Part shown: one piece after another, positions 27,640-37,905 of the stretch | Numbering within the stretch: the stretch's first letter is position 1 | Layout of the letters: each line of letters starts with the position of its first letter | Assembly (NCBI GenBank): GCA_047967505.1 | Contig: CM106538.1 | Reading direction: 5' to 3' (one strand) | Source of the DNA: Dipteris shenzhenensis | Taxonomy: Eukaryota | Length of the DNA stretch: 64,000 nucleotides | Notes under the pieces: generated by a model | Told to the model about the DNA's origin: nothing | Databases searched by the model: none | What the model saw: only the letters and a program-made list of their open reading frames with translations | Position numbers and translations under genes: made by a program

Positions 27640-27856
27640 GAGCCTCCGGAGTGTCTGACTACTCCAAGTCGGGGAAGCCATCAGCCAGCGGCCTCATCGA
27701 GGTGGCTCCGGAGACGATCACCGCGTACTTGCAGAAAATGCAGCGCGGGGGCCTGACGCAGGCCTTCGGGTGCGTGTTGGATGTGGAGGGGCACAGCATC
27801 CTTGCGTTGAGCGAGAATGCGTCGGAGATGCTGGAGACGTTGTAGTAGTCGGGCTG
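27640..27856 (+). pseudogene. Captured phytochrome N-terminal (NTE/PAS_2) fragment, neochrome (PHY3/NEO)-like
   Basis: SDYSKSGKPSASGLIEVAPETITAYLQKMQRGGLTQAFGCVLDVEGHSILALSENASEMLE matches the phytochrome consensus DYSKS...TAYLQRMQRGGLIQPFGC...AYSENAPEML. GC-rich; lies inside the Copia-2 leader. Confidence 0.9.
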
Positions 27857-28938
27857 CTTGAGTCGTTGCTGCTTGTTGTTAGCTTGGCCGTTGCAGTCCC
27901 GGAATAGAACAGAGTCGCAAGGTTGGAGCTTGCTACCATGAAGCCATTGATGTAGCTAGCCGTGGAGAGCTCTCGTGAGCTTTGAGCTGTTGGAGGCTAT
28001 GGCGGCCGAGTCCAGGAGATCGTTGTAGAGAATAGATCTCTCTATCTCTCTCAATGCCTAGCCTCTCTCTCACAATATAAGAATGACGAAAATTTCTTTC
28101 ATCAAGGGAAATAAAGAATGGAACCACTCAAGATGAAAAATATCTCACATATCTCTCTCTTTCAATGGACGGAAACCCTTTCAATGGACGGAAAGAAAGC
28201 GGAAGTTCTCTCAACGGAAGAGAACACTCAATCTCACGATCTCTCTCACACTCTCAAGAAACTCAATGTCTCAGCGGAAGACAAGGGAGCTCTGATACCA
28301 TGACAAAATATGAAGAGGGGAGAGGAGAAGAGTGGAGATGAGGAGAGAGGGCACAGCTAGAGAGCACACCACAAATGACTAACTGTACACTAGAATTAGT
28401 TGAAAAAATAGAATATATACAAACCCTTTTAGGGTTAGGGTTAGGGGATCTAACCCTTTCCTTTATAGCACTCTATAAGGTTAGTGCTATGCACATATGA
28501 TCACGTGATGGTGCTATGCACACATGATCACATGATGTTGAGCGTGAACTCTCAACAGCTTCTCATACCACACTTGAGCCAAACCTTCTAGAAATGTGGG
28601 AAGAACTAATAGCCATCTGTCTTCAGTAAGAAAGTTGAGAGAAACACAACGGCGCTTGAAAGCCACAAGATACTCATTGGGATTTTCTTCTACCCGTCCA
28701 CAAAACACGGGAATGTCAGCCATGCTTGGAAGATGGAAAAGAGGGGCTTATCTATGGACGAACAATAGTAAGAGGAAGCTTGAACTGAAAATCGGGTGAA
28801 GATACATCCAAAAAGCACACATAGGCAGGGTAGGGTGTGACTGGTGTAGTGTGAAATATTACACGAGAAGAATCTTCAGCATAGAATAGCACATAGACAA
28901 TCTTAAAAGGACCAACCCTCATGATATCACATTGATCA

Positions 28939-29103
28939 TTACACGCGAGGGTTAGAGGTGCGACGTTGCATGAGGTTGTTCATCAAGGCAAAGAAGAATG
29001 CCATGACAAATGTCAGCAGTTGGAGAGCTTGCACATCACCTTCAGCTTCTTCCAGTTCTTGTAGTCGCCATGCTATTTCTTTAAGGGGTGTGCGGTCTGG
29101 CAT
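28939..29103 (-). CDS. Putative 54-aa accessory ORF with a hydrophobic segment, in the Gypsy leader
   Basis: ATG at 29103, TAA at 28939: MPDRTPLKEIAWRLQELEEAEGDVQALQLLTFVMAFFFALMNNLMQRRTSNPRV. Overlaps the end of the upstream CCHC ORF. Confidence 0.3.
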   Translation of the reverse strand: MPDRTPLKEIAWRLQELEEAEGDVQALQLLTFVMAFFFALMNNLMQRRTSNPRV

Positions 29104-29281
29104 CCTTCTTTTGAGCAATGTCCTTGAGAACCCTCCTGATGATCTTCCGAAGTCGGTGAACTCGTATCAAGTATGCCCAACACTTAGTTTCATGATGACC
29201 ACAACCTTTGCATTCCTTACAAACGATCACCCTCCTTCATGGCTTGCGGCTTTGTTGGGGTGGCGCTTCCACTCGCGTCAT
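29081..29281 (-). pseudogene. Putative small CCHC zinc-knuckle accessory ORF (one internal TGA)
   Basis: MTRVEAPPQQSRKP*RRVIVCKECKGCGHHETKCWAYLIRVHRLRKIIRR... contains an exact CX2CX4HX4C at 29180-29221 followed by a basic tail. Confidence 0.55.
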
Positions 29282-29681
29282 GCGTGATTGAAATACAAGC
29301 TTCACGTGCCAAGAAATCAGCAACAAGATTTCGAGCTCGAGGGATATGCTAAATTTTTACCTCTTCAAATTGGTTGCAAAGTTCCAAGGCTTGTTGATGT
29401 CGTGGAACCAAGCCTTTGCTCCGCACCTTCCACCTTCCACTAACTTGTTTGCACACTAGTTGAGAATCTCCTTGCACCTCCAATTGCTTGGCATGATGTT
29501 CTTGTGCCTTTTGTAGCCCAAAAATGAGCGCCGAGTACTCAGCTTGATTGCAAGTACTTGCGGGTGAAGACTTGCTGTAACAATACTCCTCACCACCCGG
29601 TGAAGTGAGCTTCACACCCACGCCAGCCGCCTTGGTCGAAGGTTTGTAAGCTCCATCAAATTGAAGAATCCAAGATGTCAT
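29217..29681 (-). pseudogene. Stand-alone archaeal/plant-type RNase HI (aRH) ORF upstream of gag, one internal TAG at 29349
   Basis: MTSWILQFDGAYK..AAGVG...TCNQAEYSALIFGL...VQGDSQLVCKQV.G.WKV...*HIPRARNLVADFLAR. All D/E/D/D catalytic residues are present. Confidence 0.92.
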
Positions 29682-29904
29682 CACACCAGGACTAAAATTC
29701 GGACATCCCAAGTTTCTCGGTAGTCCAAGATAGGTAGAAGGAGAGGGTGGGGAGAATTCAACACTTGAGTCAAACGTTTAGCACCAAATAAACTTGCAAT
29801 TCTTTGTTGATAGTTTATCTTAAGCCCAAAAAGAATTACAATTTAAAGCTCGAAATGAGGCACAAAAGGCTGATTAGGTACAAATGGATTCCTTGGTCGA
29901 AACA

Positions 29905-30315
29905 TTACCAACCATAGCCAAGGCCTAGAAACCTTTGTAATGAGATTGTGAATAAACCATTCAGGACGAGCTTTTCCGCAGGAATCAACAAGCAGATGCG
30001 CCAAATCTCCCCCCAAGCTTGGGGAGCATCCCACCCTTCGAAGAAGGATACCGTTTTAATTACCTCTGAAGCAGCAAGTAGTCCGATCACCGCACAATGA
30101 GTAGAAGTAAAGTCAAAATCCTCCCAGCGTATCAGTAGTTCGTCACCATGAATCATCCACGGTGTATCATTCCACCCGTCATCACCATCAATAATGCACT
30201 GGACAATCAGCCGTTGAAGGTCGACATGAAGATCAAGGAAGACATCTCGTGCATTGGTAGCCGTAAGGTGCGGAGGAACAGGCACCAATTCTTTAAACGC
30301 GTGGAGAAGTGACAT
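29905..30315 (-). CDS. Extra 136-aa ORF of unknown function in the Gypsy 5' leader
   Basis: ATG-initiated, protein-like composition, same strand as the element. No family recognised. Confidence 0.45.
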   Translation of the reverse strand: MSLLHAFKELVPVPPHLTATNARDVFLDLHVDLQRLIVQCIIDGDDGWNDTPWMIHGDELLIRWEDFDFTSTHCAVIGLLAASEVIKTVSFFEGWDAPQAWGEIWRICLLIPAEKLVLNGLFTISLQRFLGLGYGW

Positions 30316-30526
30316 AAATGTCCACCCTTCTCGTGAGGCGTGCGTCCGTGAAGTGAGCTTGGAGAAGTTTTGAATTGGCGATCTAGCAAGAGAAGTGGAT
30401 AGAGCACATAAAATGAAATATTTTTGCTTTTTACAGCAAGAGCAAACTCCTTACGGTTAGAGAGTTACAGCTCCCGCGATTTCAATATATGAACAAAAAT
30501 CATTACATTTTTACCACTTCCAACTT

Positions 30527-30586
30527 GTTGGCCCAATGGTAAGACTTTCTTTTGTGAAGGGGGAGGTCTTGGGTTCCAATCCTACT
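30527..30586 (+). other. tRNA-like (His, GTG anticodon) Pol III A/B-box element in the Gypsy leader, antisense to the element
   Basis: TGGCCCAATGGTAAG (A box/D arm), TTGTGAA loop closed by TTCTT/GGGGG, and GGGTTCCAATCC (B box/T arm), with canonical spacing. No acceptor stem. Confidence 0.6.
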
Positions 30587-30705
30587 CTTTAATAAAAAGA
30601 GAGGAGAGGAGAGGAGAAGGAGAAGAGAAAGAGCAGGAGAAGAAGAAGAGAAGAGATAGGGGGGGGCACGGGATCTGCTGTTACTCTTTTGCAGGGGCTC
30701 AGTAA

Positions 30706-30892
30706 ACAGAACAGTCCGCGACCAGAGCAGTCCAGAGAACTGTCGCGCAGAAAACTGTCCGCGACCAGAGCAGTCCAGAGAACTGTCGCGCAGAAAATTG
30801 TCCGCAACCAGAAGTCGCAACAGTCTAGAGAACTGTCGCGCAGAAAACTGTCCACAACCAGAAGTCGCAGCAGTCCAGAGAACTGTCGCGCA
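30706..30892. repeat. Tandem repeat, 4 x 43-50 bp, in the Gypsy leader
   Basis: cagaaaactgtccgcgaccaga...cagtccagagaactgtcgcg repeated four times. Confidence 0.93.
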
Positions 30893-31000
30893 GGAGACGC
30901 ACGAATCGAATGCACGCGCAGTAGCTTAGAAAGAGCACAGATGGTATAGTTTTGTTGATGTAACCCGTACGAATAGAAGATTCGCCACCAGCCATGGAGA

Positions 31001-31023
31001 TTCGAATCCCAGCAGCCACACCA
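31001..31023 (-). promoter_or_regulatory. Primer-binding site complementary to the tRNA-His 3' end
   Basis: The + strand reads TTCGAATCCCAGCAGCCACACCA, matching the plant cytosolic tRNA-His(GUG) 3' end plus CCA as I recall it. It lies 4 nt from the LTR. Confidence 0.88.
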
Positions 31024-31027
31024 AAAC

Positions 31028-32018
31028 TTTTAGCCGGAAAAGTTATCGAGATCAGAGGCTAGAGACTAAGTATGGCTACGCTCAAAGGCCATAGAGAAAA
31101 GGAGATCACGAGGGCGAAGGGATGTCATAGGGGTGAACAAGAAATTAGAAGTGGAGGGAAGGAAAAGGAAGACTATGACACAAGGGGAAAGGGAGAGGGG
31201 GAAGAGAAGCATATACATGATAGGAAGAGGAATGTTGAGATGTAGACATCAAGGGAAGTGAACCATACTTTATTGGAAAGAAGGGATGAGAGGGAAATAT
31301 CAAAATACTAGCTAGGTGGCTTTACAAGAATGAGCGTGTCTCATCAAGGAATAGCCCCTTCCTTTTATAGCCAAAAGAGGGGATCTCTCCACATTAATGT
31401 ATCCTCCCACATGCATGGTGTGTGTGGAAAAGTTTCCCATGTGGGCTAGGTGGTTACGCACTCTCAATTGTGTGCGACAACCCTTTGCCTCAATTTTCCA
31501 CATAAATCAAGCCCCATATCTCAAGTCTATGATACTCCCTTGGTCTCTTTCCAATTTTATAATATGTTCAAACCTCTAGGAGGACAAGTGGAGGGTTGGC
31601 ACAAGGAATCTTGCCACCTCATCCTACTTTCCCCATTATTTAACTAGCTCTCTTTGTCCTTCTATACCTCCCCCACATGGGCCTATCTCATATGGAGGGT
31701 ATAACTCAATATAATATCCATCTCCACCTATTTTATATTGCTTCTCTCATGGACTTTGAGCCATATCTCCTTAAATGCAGCCTAGGTGGAGGGGTGGCAC
31801 ATGGAGGAGCCATGCCACCTTGCATTTTATAATATGACTATCATGGATTATGTACAACACACCTTATGGGTCCTCTTACATGGAAGGGTGGCACATGGTC
31901 ATGCCCTGCCACCTCAACCTTGGGCCCTATGCACACCATAGTTTATTATACCATTGCCACATATACAAATACACACACATATTAATGCCTTTTTCCTTAG
32001 ACAATTTTATCCATAGCA
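31028..32018 (-). repeat. Gypsy 5' LTR (991 bp)
   Basis: Uninterrupted copy of the LTR, adjacent to the PBS. Confidence 0.96.
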
Positions 32019-32469
32019 GTACCTAAATCAAGATCTGCTCATTCTTAATCTCTATTAAGTCTGTACGCTAATTACGCTAATGCTTCTTGATGGGTTTTTT
32101 GCAGCAATCCCAGGACAAAAATCCCAGGACGATGAAGTGGCACCGGAGGAGATCAAGAGAGTTCTATTGCTTACTATTTCCTCCTCCTCCCCCTCTTAGA
32201 ATGCAATCTAGTGGACTGTAGCCCAATTCTCTATCCTCACGTCTGTGTGCCTACAGTCAGACATACAGTGACAAAATTGAAGACGATGCATAAGAGAGTA
32301 GTAATGTCCGCCTTCCAACTGTGCAGGCTTTAGCGCAATTGGAATTGGAATTGCAATTGCAATTGCAATTACAATACAATTCCAATGCAACTTCTAACAG
32401 AATTCGATGTTCCCTTAACATTGCACAGGGCTCTTGTGTTAAGCAGCCACAATGTCGCTAACCACTCTA

Positions 32470-32890
32470 TTAACGAAGATGGAGCTCTAGAGCGATGCCT
32501 GTGGGGGAAGACCTTGGAAGTGATCACATAGGTGATAGGGCGACGTAGGTTCAGGCAACCACGGTGATGGCAACGCCCAATCCGGATGCATGTGATGCAA
32601 TTTGGCTCCGACAAATAGCATCGAATCGCCCTCTGCTGAGTTCAGTCCCAACTTGATAAAAGTCATCGCTACAGTTATCAGACATGCTGCTATTCCCGCA
32701 TCACTCACGAGCAATAGCTTTTTCTTGCTCGTGCGATCCAACAAGAACGTCGCCACAAAGACGAAGGCCAGCTTCACCACTCTCACCCCCCCTTTGAACT
32801 TCTAGAAGATCCACAAACTTTGTGGTAATGATCCCATTACCTTCCTCCTCAATGAAAGCCTGCTGAAAGAAGTTGATCCGCAGAGCCACT
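32470..32890 (-). pseudogene. MFS sugar/polyol transporter gene fragment
   Basis: VKLAFVFVATFLLDRTSKKKLLLVSDAGIAACL and PITYVITSKVFP match the sugar-porter motifs lDr.GRr.LLl.S and GPi.Wv..sEifP. INFFQQA matches ihfFQQa. Frameshifted. Confidence 0.8.
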
Positions 32891-32899
32891 AAGTATATC

Positions 32900-35800
32900 T
32901 AAAAGAGCACATTCTGAAGGTGGAAGGTCGTGAGCAACTCACTGCTGTTGACCCTACCCCCCCTTTTGTCCATGCTCTCCCGTTCAACCTTGCTCTCCCG
33001 TTTCTCTCCTCTCCAACCCTCGTGTTGCTGGTTCGTCTTCCCCTGCCTTTAGAGCCTCGCACATTGTCCTGTATGTCGAGTTCCATCGGTCACCTCTCCT
33101 TAACAATTCCGACCTTCAGCCATCTCCTACAATTCCTCCTCTTCAGTATTCTCTATCTCAGGGCCTCGAGCCCGTCCTTGCTTACCTACGTCCTCAAGAG
33201 CTTCCTCCGTAGTAGTCTCTCCCTGTCTCCCAGTGACGTTAAGAGGTTCCTATCTTCCGTTTCCAAGCTTCCTCTCTAGACTCCTGCAGAAAAAGGTCTA
33301 GTACCCCTATTGACTTGCCTATCCCAAATAAAGTCTTGAAATCGGATCGCTTTAGTTTCCCAACATCGCCTTTCCCAATTGATGCCCTTCGTGCTCTCTG
33401 CGATGACTCTAATATTCAATTTTCTTCTTCAAGCCTCTATAAAGATCTCAATTAGGCCACAATCCTCACCTCGTTATATGATATCTCAACAGCACTGATT
33501 GTGTATTTACTTCATGGGACGAGTGCTCTTAGAACCTCCTATACTCACAGCGAAATTGAAGGTCCAGCACATGGGAATGACTCAAATCTTCCCTTGCGTA
33601 GTTATAGGGAAAATTTACAAAAATTACAAAATTCAAATAAAGCATATTCTCTGTCAATACAGCTACCTGCCCGGATCTAGTTTCAGGTGTGTGGTATCTG
33701 CTCCTAGTGAATCTACGAATAGATTGTTGAATCTAAATGATTGCTTCCAAGGCTAGTTGGTGGATGTGGATGAGGCCAAGGGCTTCATTTTCAAGATATC
33801 AACCACTACTCTAGCCTCTAGGTGAAGCGCATGCAACTTGGAGAGTATTTGAGTAATGCTTGGGTATGGTCAAAGAGTAATGCTTGGGTATGCTTTGACC
33901 ATGTCAAACAAGTGCGTCGATGGACCATGCTAGGTGCCCATGTCAATGGCCCTAGATTCTATCTTTTGTATCCCTTTGACCTCAAAAAAGTGTGAATCTT
34001 ATGGGATCGAGTACAGGAGATTCTAGATTGTGTGGGGATTAAATTTACGAAAGGCGAGGTGGTTGCCTAAAGAGTGCAATGTGGATCGTTCCCTGAGGCG
34101 TGCTTCATTTGTTCAAAGATGGGTCACTTCTCTCGCACTTGGGGAAAAGACGGATAGCACACAGGAGGGTGCGAATGTTGCTTCAAAGCCAATGCGGGCA
34201 CCTGCAAACGACATGCAGTGCTCTGATCCCTCAAGCTTCTTCAGAAGATCATGTATGGGTTGATTCTATTGAGAAGACAGATCCCTCAAAAGAGAAGACA
34301 GATCATGAAGTTGTACTATTGTAAAGTTGGTACAGCTTCATGTTGGTGATATGAAAGGCTCTTCGAGTTGAAGGTCATGCCCGGATCCTTGTGACTCAAA
34401 AGACGACTGATACCTCAAAGGTGGGCTCGTGGATGATGTTGACAAAAAGGGAAAAGTGGTTGCAAAGAAGGATGGAAGTTGAAAACCTGTTCATGGGCCC
34501 CCTCCTTCTAGCAAGATTCCTAGGAAAGATAAGGAAGTTCATAGATAGTGAGCTTGGCTCTTGGGCTGACTATTGTGATGAAGAAGGTTCGCAAGATCTC
34601 CAAGTACGAGCGGGTCCTCAGGGGGAAGAATTGTCTAGTGCAAATCATCTTAATCACAGAGAAGGTATACTACTAATGTGCAAAAGAATAGGGGATTTTT
34701 CAAAAGGATTAAAGATGCGGCTATAAACTTAAGCATGGGGAAGGAGAATCGGTTTCACTTTCTTAGGCATGCCTACAAGGCTCCATCACAACAGTTATAT
34801 GAAGGGCAACAATTCCCTGAGATCTTTGCGTTATCTTGGAATATAAAAGGTTGCTATGACAAATCCACGTAGATGGCGTGTCTGATGGTCTTGAAGTCCA
34901 AGGCTCAAAACCCCAAGGTGGTGCTACTTCAAGAAATCAAATATAGAGAGTTCGATGTCTTGTGGTTCTTTGTCCAGCAGGCAGGGTTTGAAGCTTTACT
35001 CAACTACCCAGATTGTAGTTAAGGGAGGAGTTTTTGTTTTAGTCCTTAACTGTCAGAGAGTTATTTCGGAACAAGCTAGTTCCTTGCTGTGGTTGTCTCG
35101 TCAGTAGAGTGGGAGTTTAGTATTGCTAGTATATGTGCCCCTAATAATCCTCATGAAAGAGGGGACTGTTGGACCCAGCTAAGTGCCAAGATTTTCGGTA
35201 GTCGTTGGATGTTGGGGGAGATTGGAATTTCATCAAGTGTAGTCAAAACAGGTCTCATCCGATGAAATTTATGTCTGGAGGTGAGCGTGATGCTTGGGAG
35301 GAGTTCTGTTTTGAGAAGGGTTTGATTGACTGTGTTGAATTAGATCCCTGAGGAGCTTGAGGGGTTCTCATGGAACAATAAGAGGAAGGGTAGTGATTTT
35401 AGAGCTGGTAGAATTGATAGATTCTATGTCTTTGAAGAGGGTTGGTGGCTACATGGTCCTGTGAAAGGGGAATTGATTTGTAAAACTACTATTATATTCA
35501 TATCCTGGCTGTGTGGTCTTTTAGTCTACCTGTGGCAATCGGGAGGTCATTAAATATTCAAGTTTGATAAGAATCATTTGAGTTTGAGGAAATTTTGTAA
35601 TGAGATTAGATACCTTATGGAGGTCCTCGAGGGTGGGGTGTGATGGTCCCTGTGATAGATCGGATAAGTCTATTAGAAAAATAGTGGGCAAAGCCAGGGA
35701 ATGGGATAGAGAATGCAGGACTGCTAAATGGACAGTGGAAGGCCTTCTCTGCAGCACAAGGCATGCTCTTCAAACTGCTTTGAGCTTAGCCCCTGAGGAT

Positions 35801-36790
35801 CAGATTGTTTCAACCCTCCTAGAAGAGATGGAGCCAGCCATACAACATTGTGTGAAGAATTGAAAGCAGACAATCATGGCTAGTCTTTTAGGCTACCAAG
35901 AAGAAACACATGCGTGAATTGGTTGATAGGATGTGGATAAGGATGGGAAGTTGGTTTCTGATTTTTGCAAGTACTAGAGACGTTCAGGTTGAGTTGAGTG
36001 ATATAGTGGGTGAAGCAGCTGTGCAGTATGATGCCTAAGAACTTAAGGTTCAAGATGTTCTAAGAGATTTGAATTGCAGAGCGTCTGAAGTTTTTAAAAG
36101 CTTTTGGGATGTGTTGGGACATGATTTGGTTGAAATGTCGAATGTTATAGTCTCTCATGGATAGCTAAGTTGTTTCCTAAAAGGTAGATAGAATGACGGT
36201 TGGAGATTGGAGGCCAATCTCAATGTTTAACACATCCTACAAGGTTATTGCCAAGGCATTGGCCTTGAGGAATCTTTGCCATGGCCTTGACGATTCAGAC
36301 TCTATGCATGAGTGTGATTGGCCGGGAGCAAAATGGTTTTTGTGAATCTCGTGATATCTTTGAGAACGTTCTCAGTGTCTAGACTATGTTGGATTATGCC
36401 TACGATCATGCCTCCTTTGATTTAGACAAAGTCTATGTAGAGTGAGGTGGGAGTGTACACTTTCAGTACGGCAGAGATTGGGTTTTGGTTCTTTTACAGG
36501 ATGGTGTCCTACCTCTTTGGAATTGCTTCCGCAATCCTGTGTTTGAATGGAGGAATAGTTGGTAGTTTTGAATTGAAAAGACCGGTTCGATAGGGGTGCC
36601 CCTTGGCCCCTCTTCTTTTTGCAGTCTCCTCTACACCCCTTATCCACATGATTAAGCAAGGGGTAGATGCAGAAAAAATTAAGGGGGTGGTTGTGTCTTT
36701 AGGGAAATAGCTTAGAGCCCAACTATTGATATCTTTCAAAGGATTGTAGGGAAGTGATTTAGAAGATTCGTTTGGCATCAGGCTTCTTAA
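32900..36790 (+). mobile_element. Degraded L1-type LINE (ORF1 remnant, EN, RT)
   Basis: SWNIKG (~34835), LLQEIK, YKVIAKALAL (~36240), R.GCPLAPLLFA (~36590), ending at ASGF (~36785). Heavily mutated; 5' limit approximate. Confidence 0.82.
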
Positions 36791-36989
36791 GCACTTGTAT
36801 AGCTAGAACACAGAGCTGGAATATAGATTCTTTGCAAGTATATATATATATATATATATGGTCACAAGTCTTGTTTAGGTTAGAGGTGAAATCGTCTAGT
36901 AGTGGCAAGTACTTGATGTAAAGGGTGGGAGGTCAAACAAGTAACATGTTGAGGACTTGACATAGCCAGTTCCAATGGGTGCTGGACAA

Positions 36990-37905
36990 AAATTGGTAAG
37001 AGGAGGCCAAAGGATCATATGAAGTTAACATTGTAAAAAAAAGGAGGAAAACAGGCGGACTTCCATTAAGACCCAAAAAGACCTGATTACAAAAAGTGGC
37101 CTATGTTGCACATAGCAAAAAGTAGGCAACTATTGACCGAGGGGTCTTTTTGACTAACCCAACTTAAATCACCAAGCACTTGGTCCTAAGACCCACATAG
37201 ATTTTGCTGAAAAACTGACTAATTCCAAACTCCCCACATCGCTAGAAACACAGCCGCTCGTCGTCACAGATACGACTAGCAGGCTGCTAAGGTGGGAAAC
37301 CATCAGACTAGCTCTCCTGCAATGATATCAAGCTCCATCTAGATCCAATGTAGAAATGGGTCATCACCCCAACCTTTCTTTGGCATGCCCATAGTAAACC
37401 TTGATCGCCCTCCCACACGGAGCAGTCAGGGTTCATCGAAATCCGTTTGGCAATTCTACATGTAACTGGAATCCACAAATGCATGACCTTCCACACCAAT
37501 ATGCTAGCCTTGCTTGTAACACAATCCCGCACACCTCTTGCCATCTCACTCTCTCCACCATTTTGGGCCCCTTCCCAGAGCTCATTGTTAGTTCAGGTCA
37601 GTAATCAAATATGTGGAAGGACCACTAATTAACCCTCCATTGAGAAGAGCTGCTGCAATTTGAGGGCCAGGAAGTCAAAACACGCGGTAACAGCTGCACG
37701 CAAAGTTGCACCTTCCGACTATTTAGGTTGGTGTTACATCCAAAGTTGCACCCATGCCAACCCCATAGCTTCACCTTCAATCTCTCTTTGAACGAATCGA
37801 ACCTCTTGCCAAATGATAACCCCAAACCTAGAGGTGCACCAAGATACCCCCTATTTGAGTCAAACCCACATCTGTCCTCATGACAAAGGCCTTTTGCTAG
37901 CTACT
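36990..37905 (-). mobile_element. 3' part of an L1-type LINE (post-RT, zf-RVT), inverted relative to 32900-36790
   Basis: KAFVMRTD, GYLGAPLG, FKERLKVKLWGWHG, ILVWKVMHLWIPV..NPDC. Parallels the minus-strand LINE at 47500-49270. Confidence 0.78.

Larger units (their letters stand above)
23009..28557 (-). mobile_element. Copia-2: defective Ty1/Copia element with apparently identical 257-bp LTRs (TG...CA), TSD GCTTC
   Basis: LTRs at 23009-23265 and 28301-28557. TSD at 23004-23008 and 28558-28562. tRNA-iMet PBS TGGTATCAGAGCTC directly abuts the LTR (~28287-28300). PPT CTTGAGGGAAGG at 23266-23277. Confidence 0.97.
21943..28723 (-). pseudogene. Gypsy gag, split by Copia-2 (N-part ~28558-28723, C-part 21943-23003)
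   Basis: MADIPVFCGRVEENPNEYL...LEGLAQVWYEK joins QAEDVRQSWPRLTAAMIEYFG across the GCTTC TSD. Pro-rich region and zinc knuckle CYECHQKGHYRTEC. Confidence 0.9.
11463..32018 (-). mobile_element. Full-length Ty3/Gypsy LTR retrotransposon, non-chromovirus (Tat/Athila-like); ~8.9 kb without its nested insertions
   Basis: LTR pair at 31028-32018 and 11463-18564 (interrupted), about 18 substitutions by eye. GTAC flanks both ends (11459-11462, 32019-32022). PBS at 31001-31023, PPT at ~18568-18576. Domain order gag-PR-RT-RH-INT, no chromodomain. Confidence 0.96.

Noticed and set aside
27456-27845. Intact phytochrome gene
   Set aside because: Only ~70 codons are homologous, there is no GAF/chromophore domain, and it lies within a Copia leader.
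30527-30590. Functional tRNA-His gene
   Set aside because: No acceptor stem and a weak anticodon stem; kept only as a tRNA-like element.
30503-30949. ORFs over the 43-50-bp repeats
   Set aside because: Open frames arise from the tandem repeat; no domain recognised.
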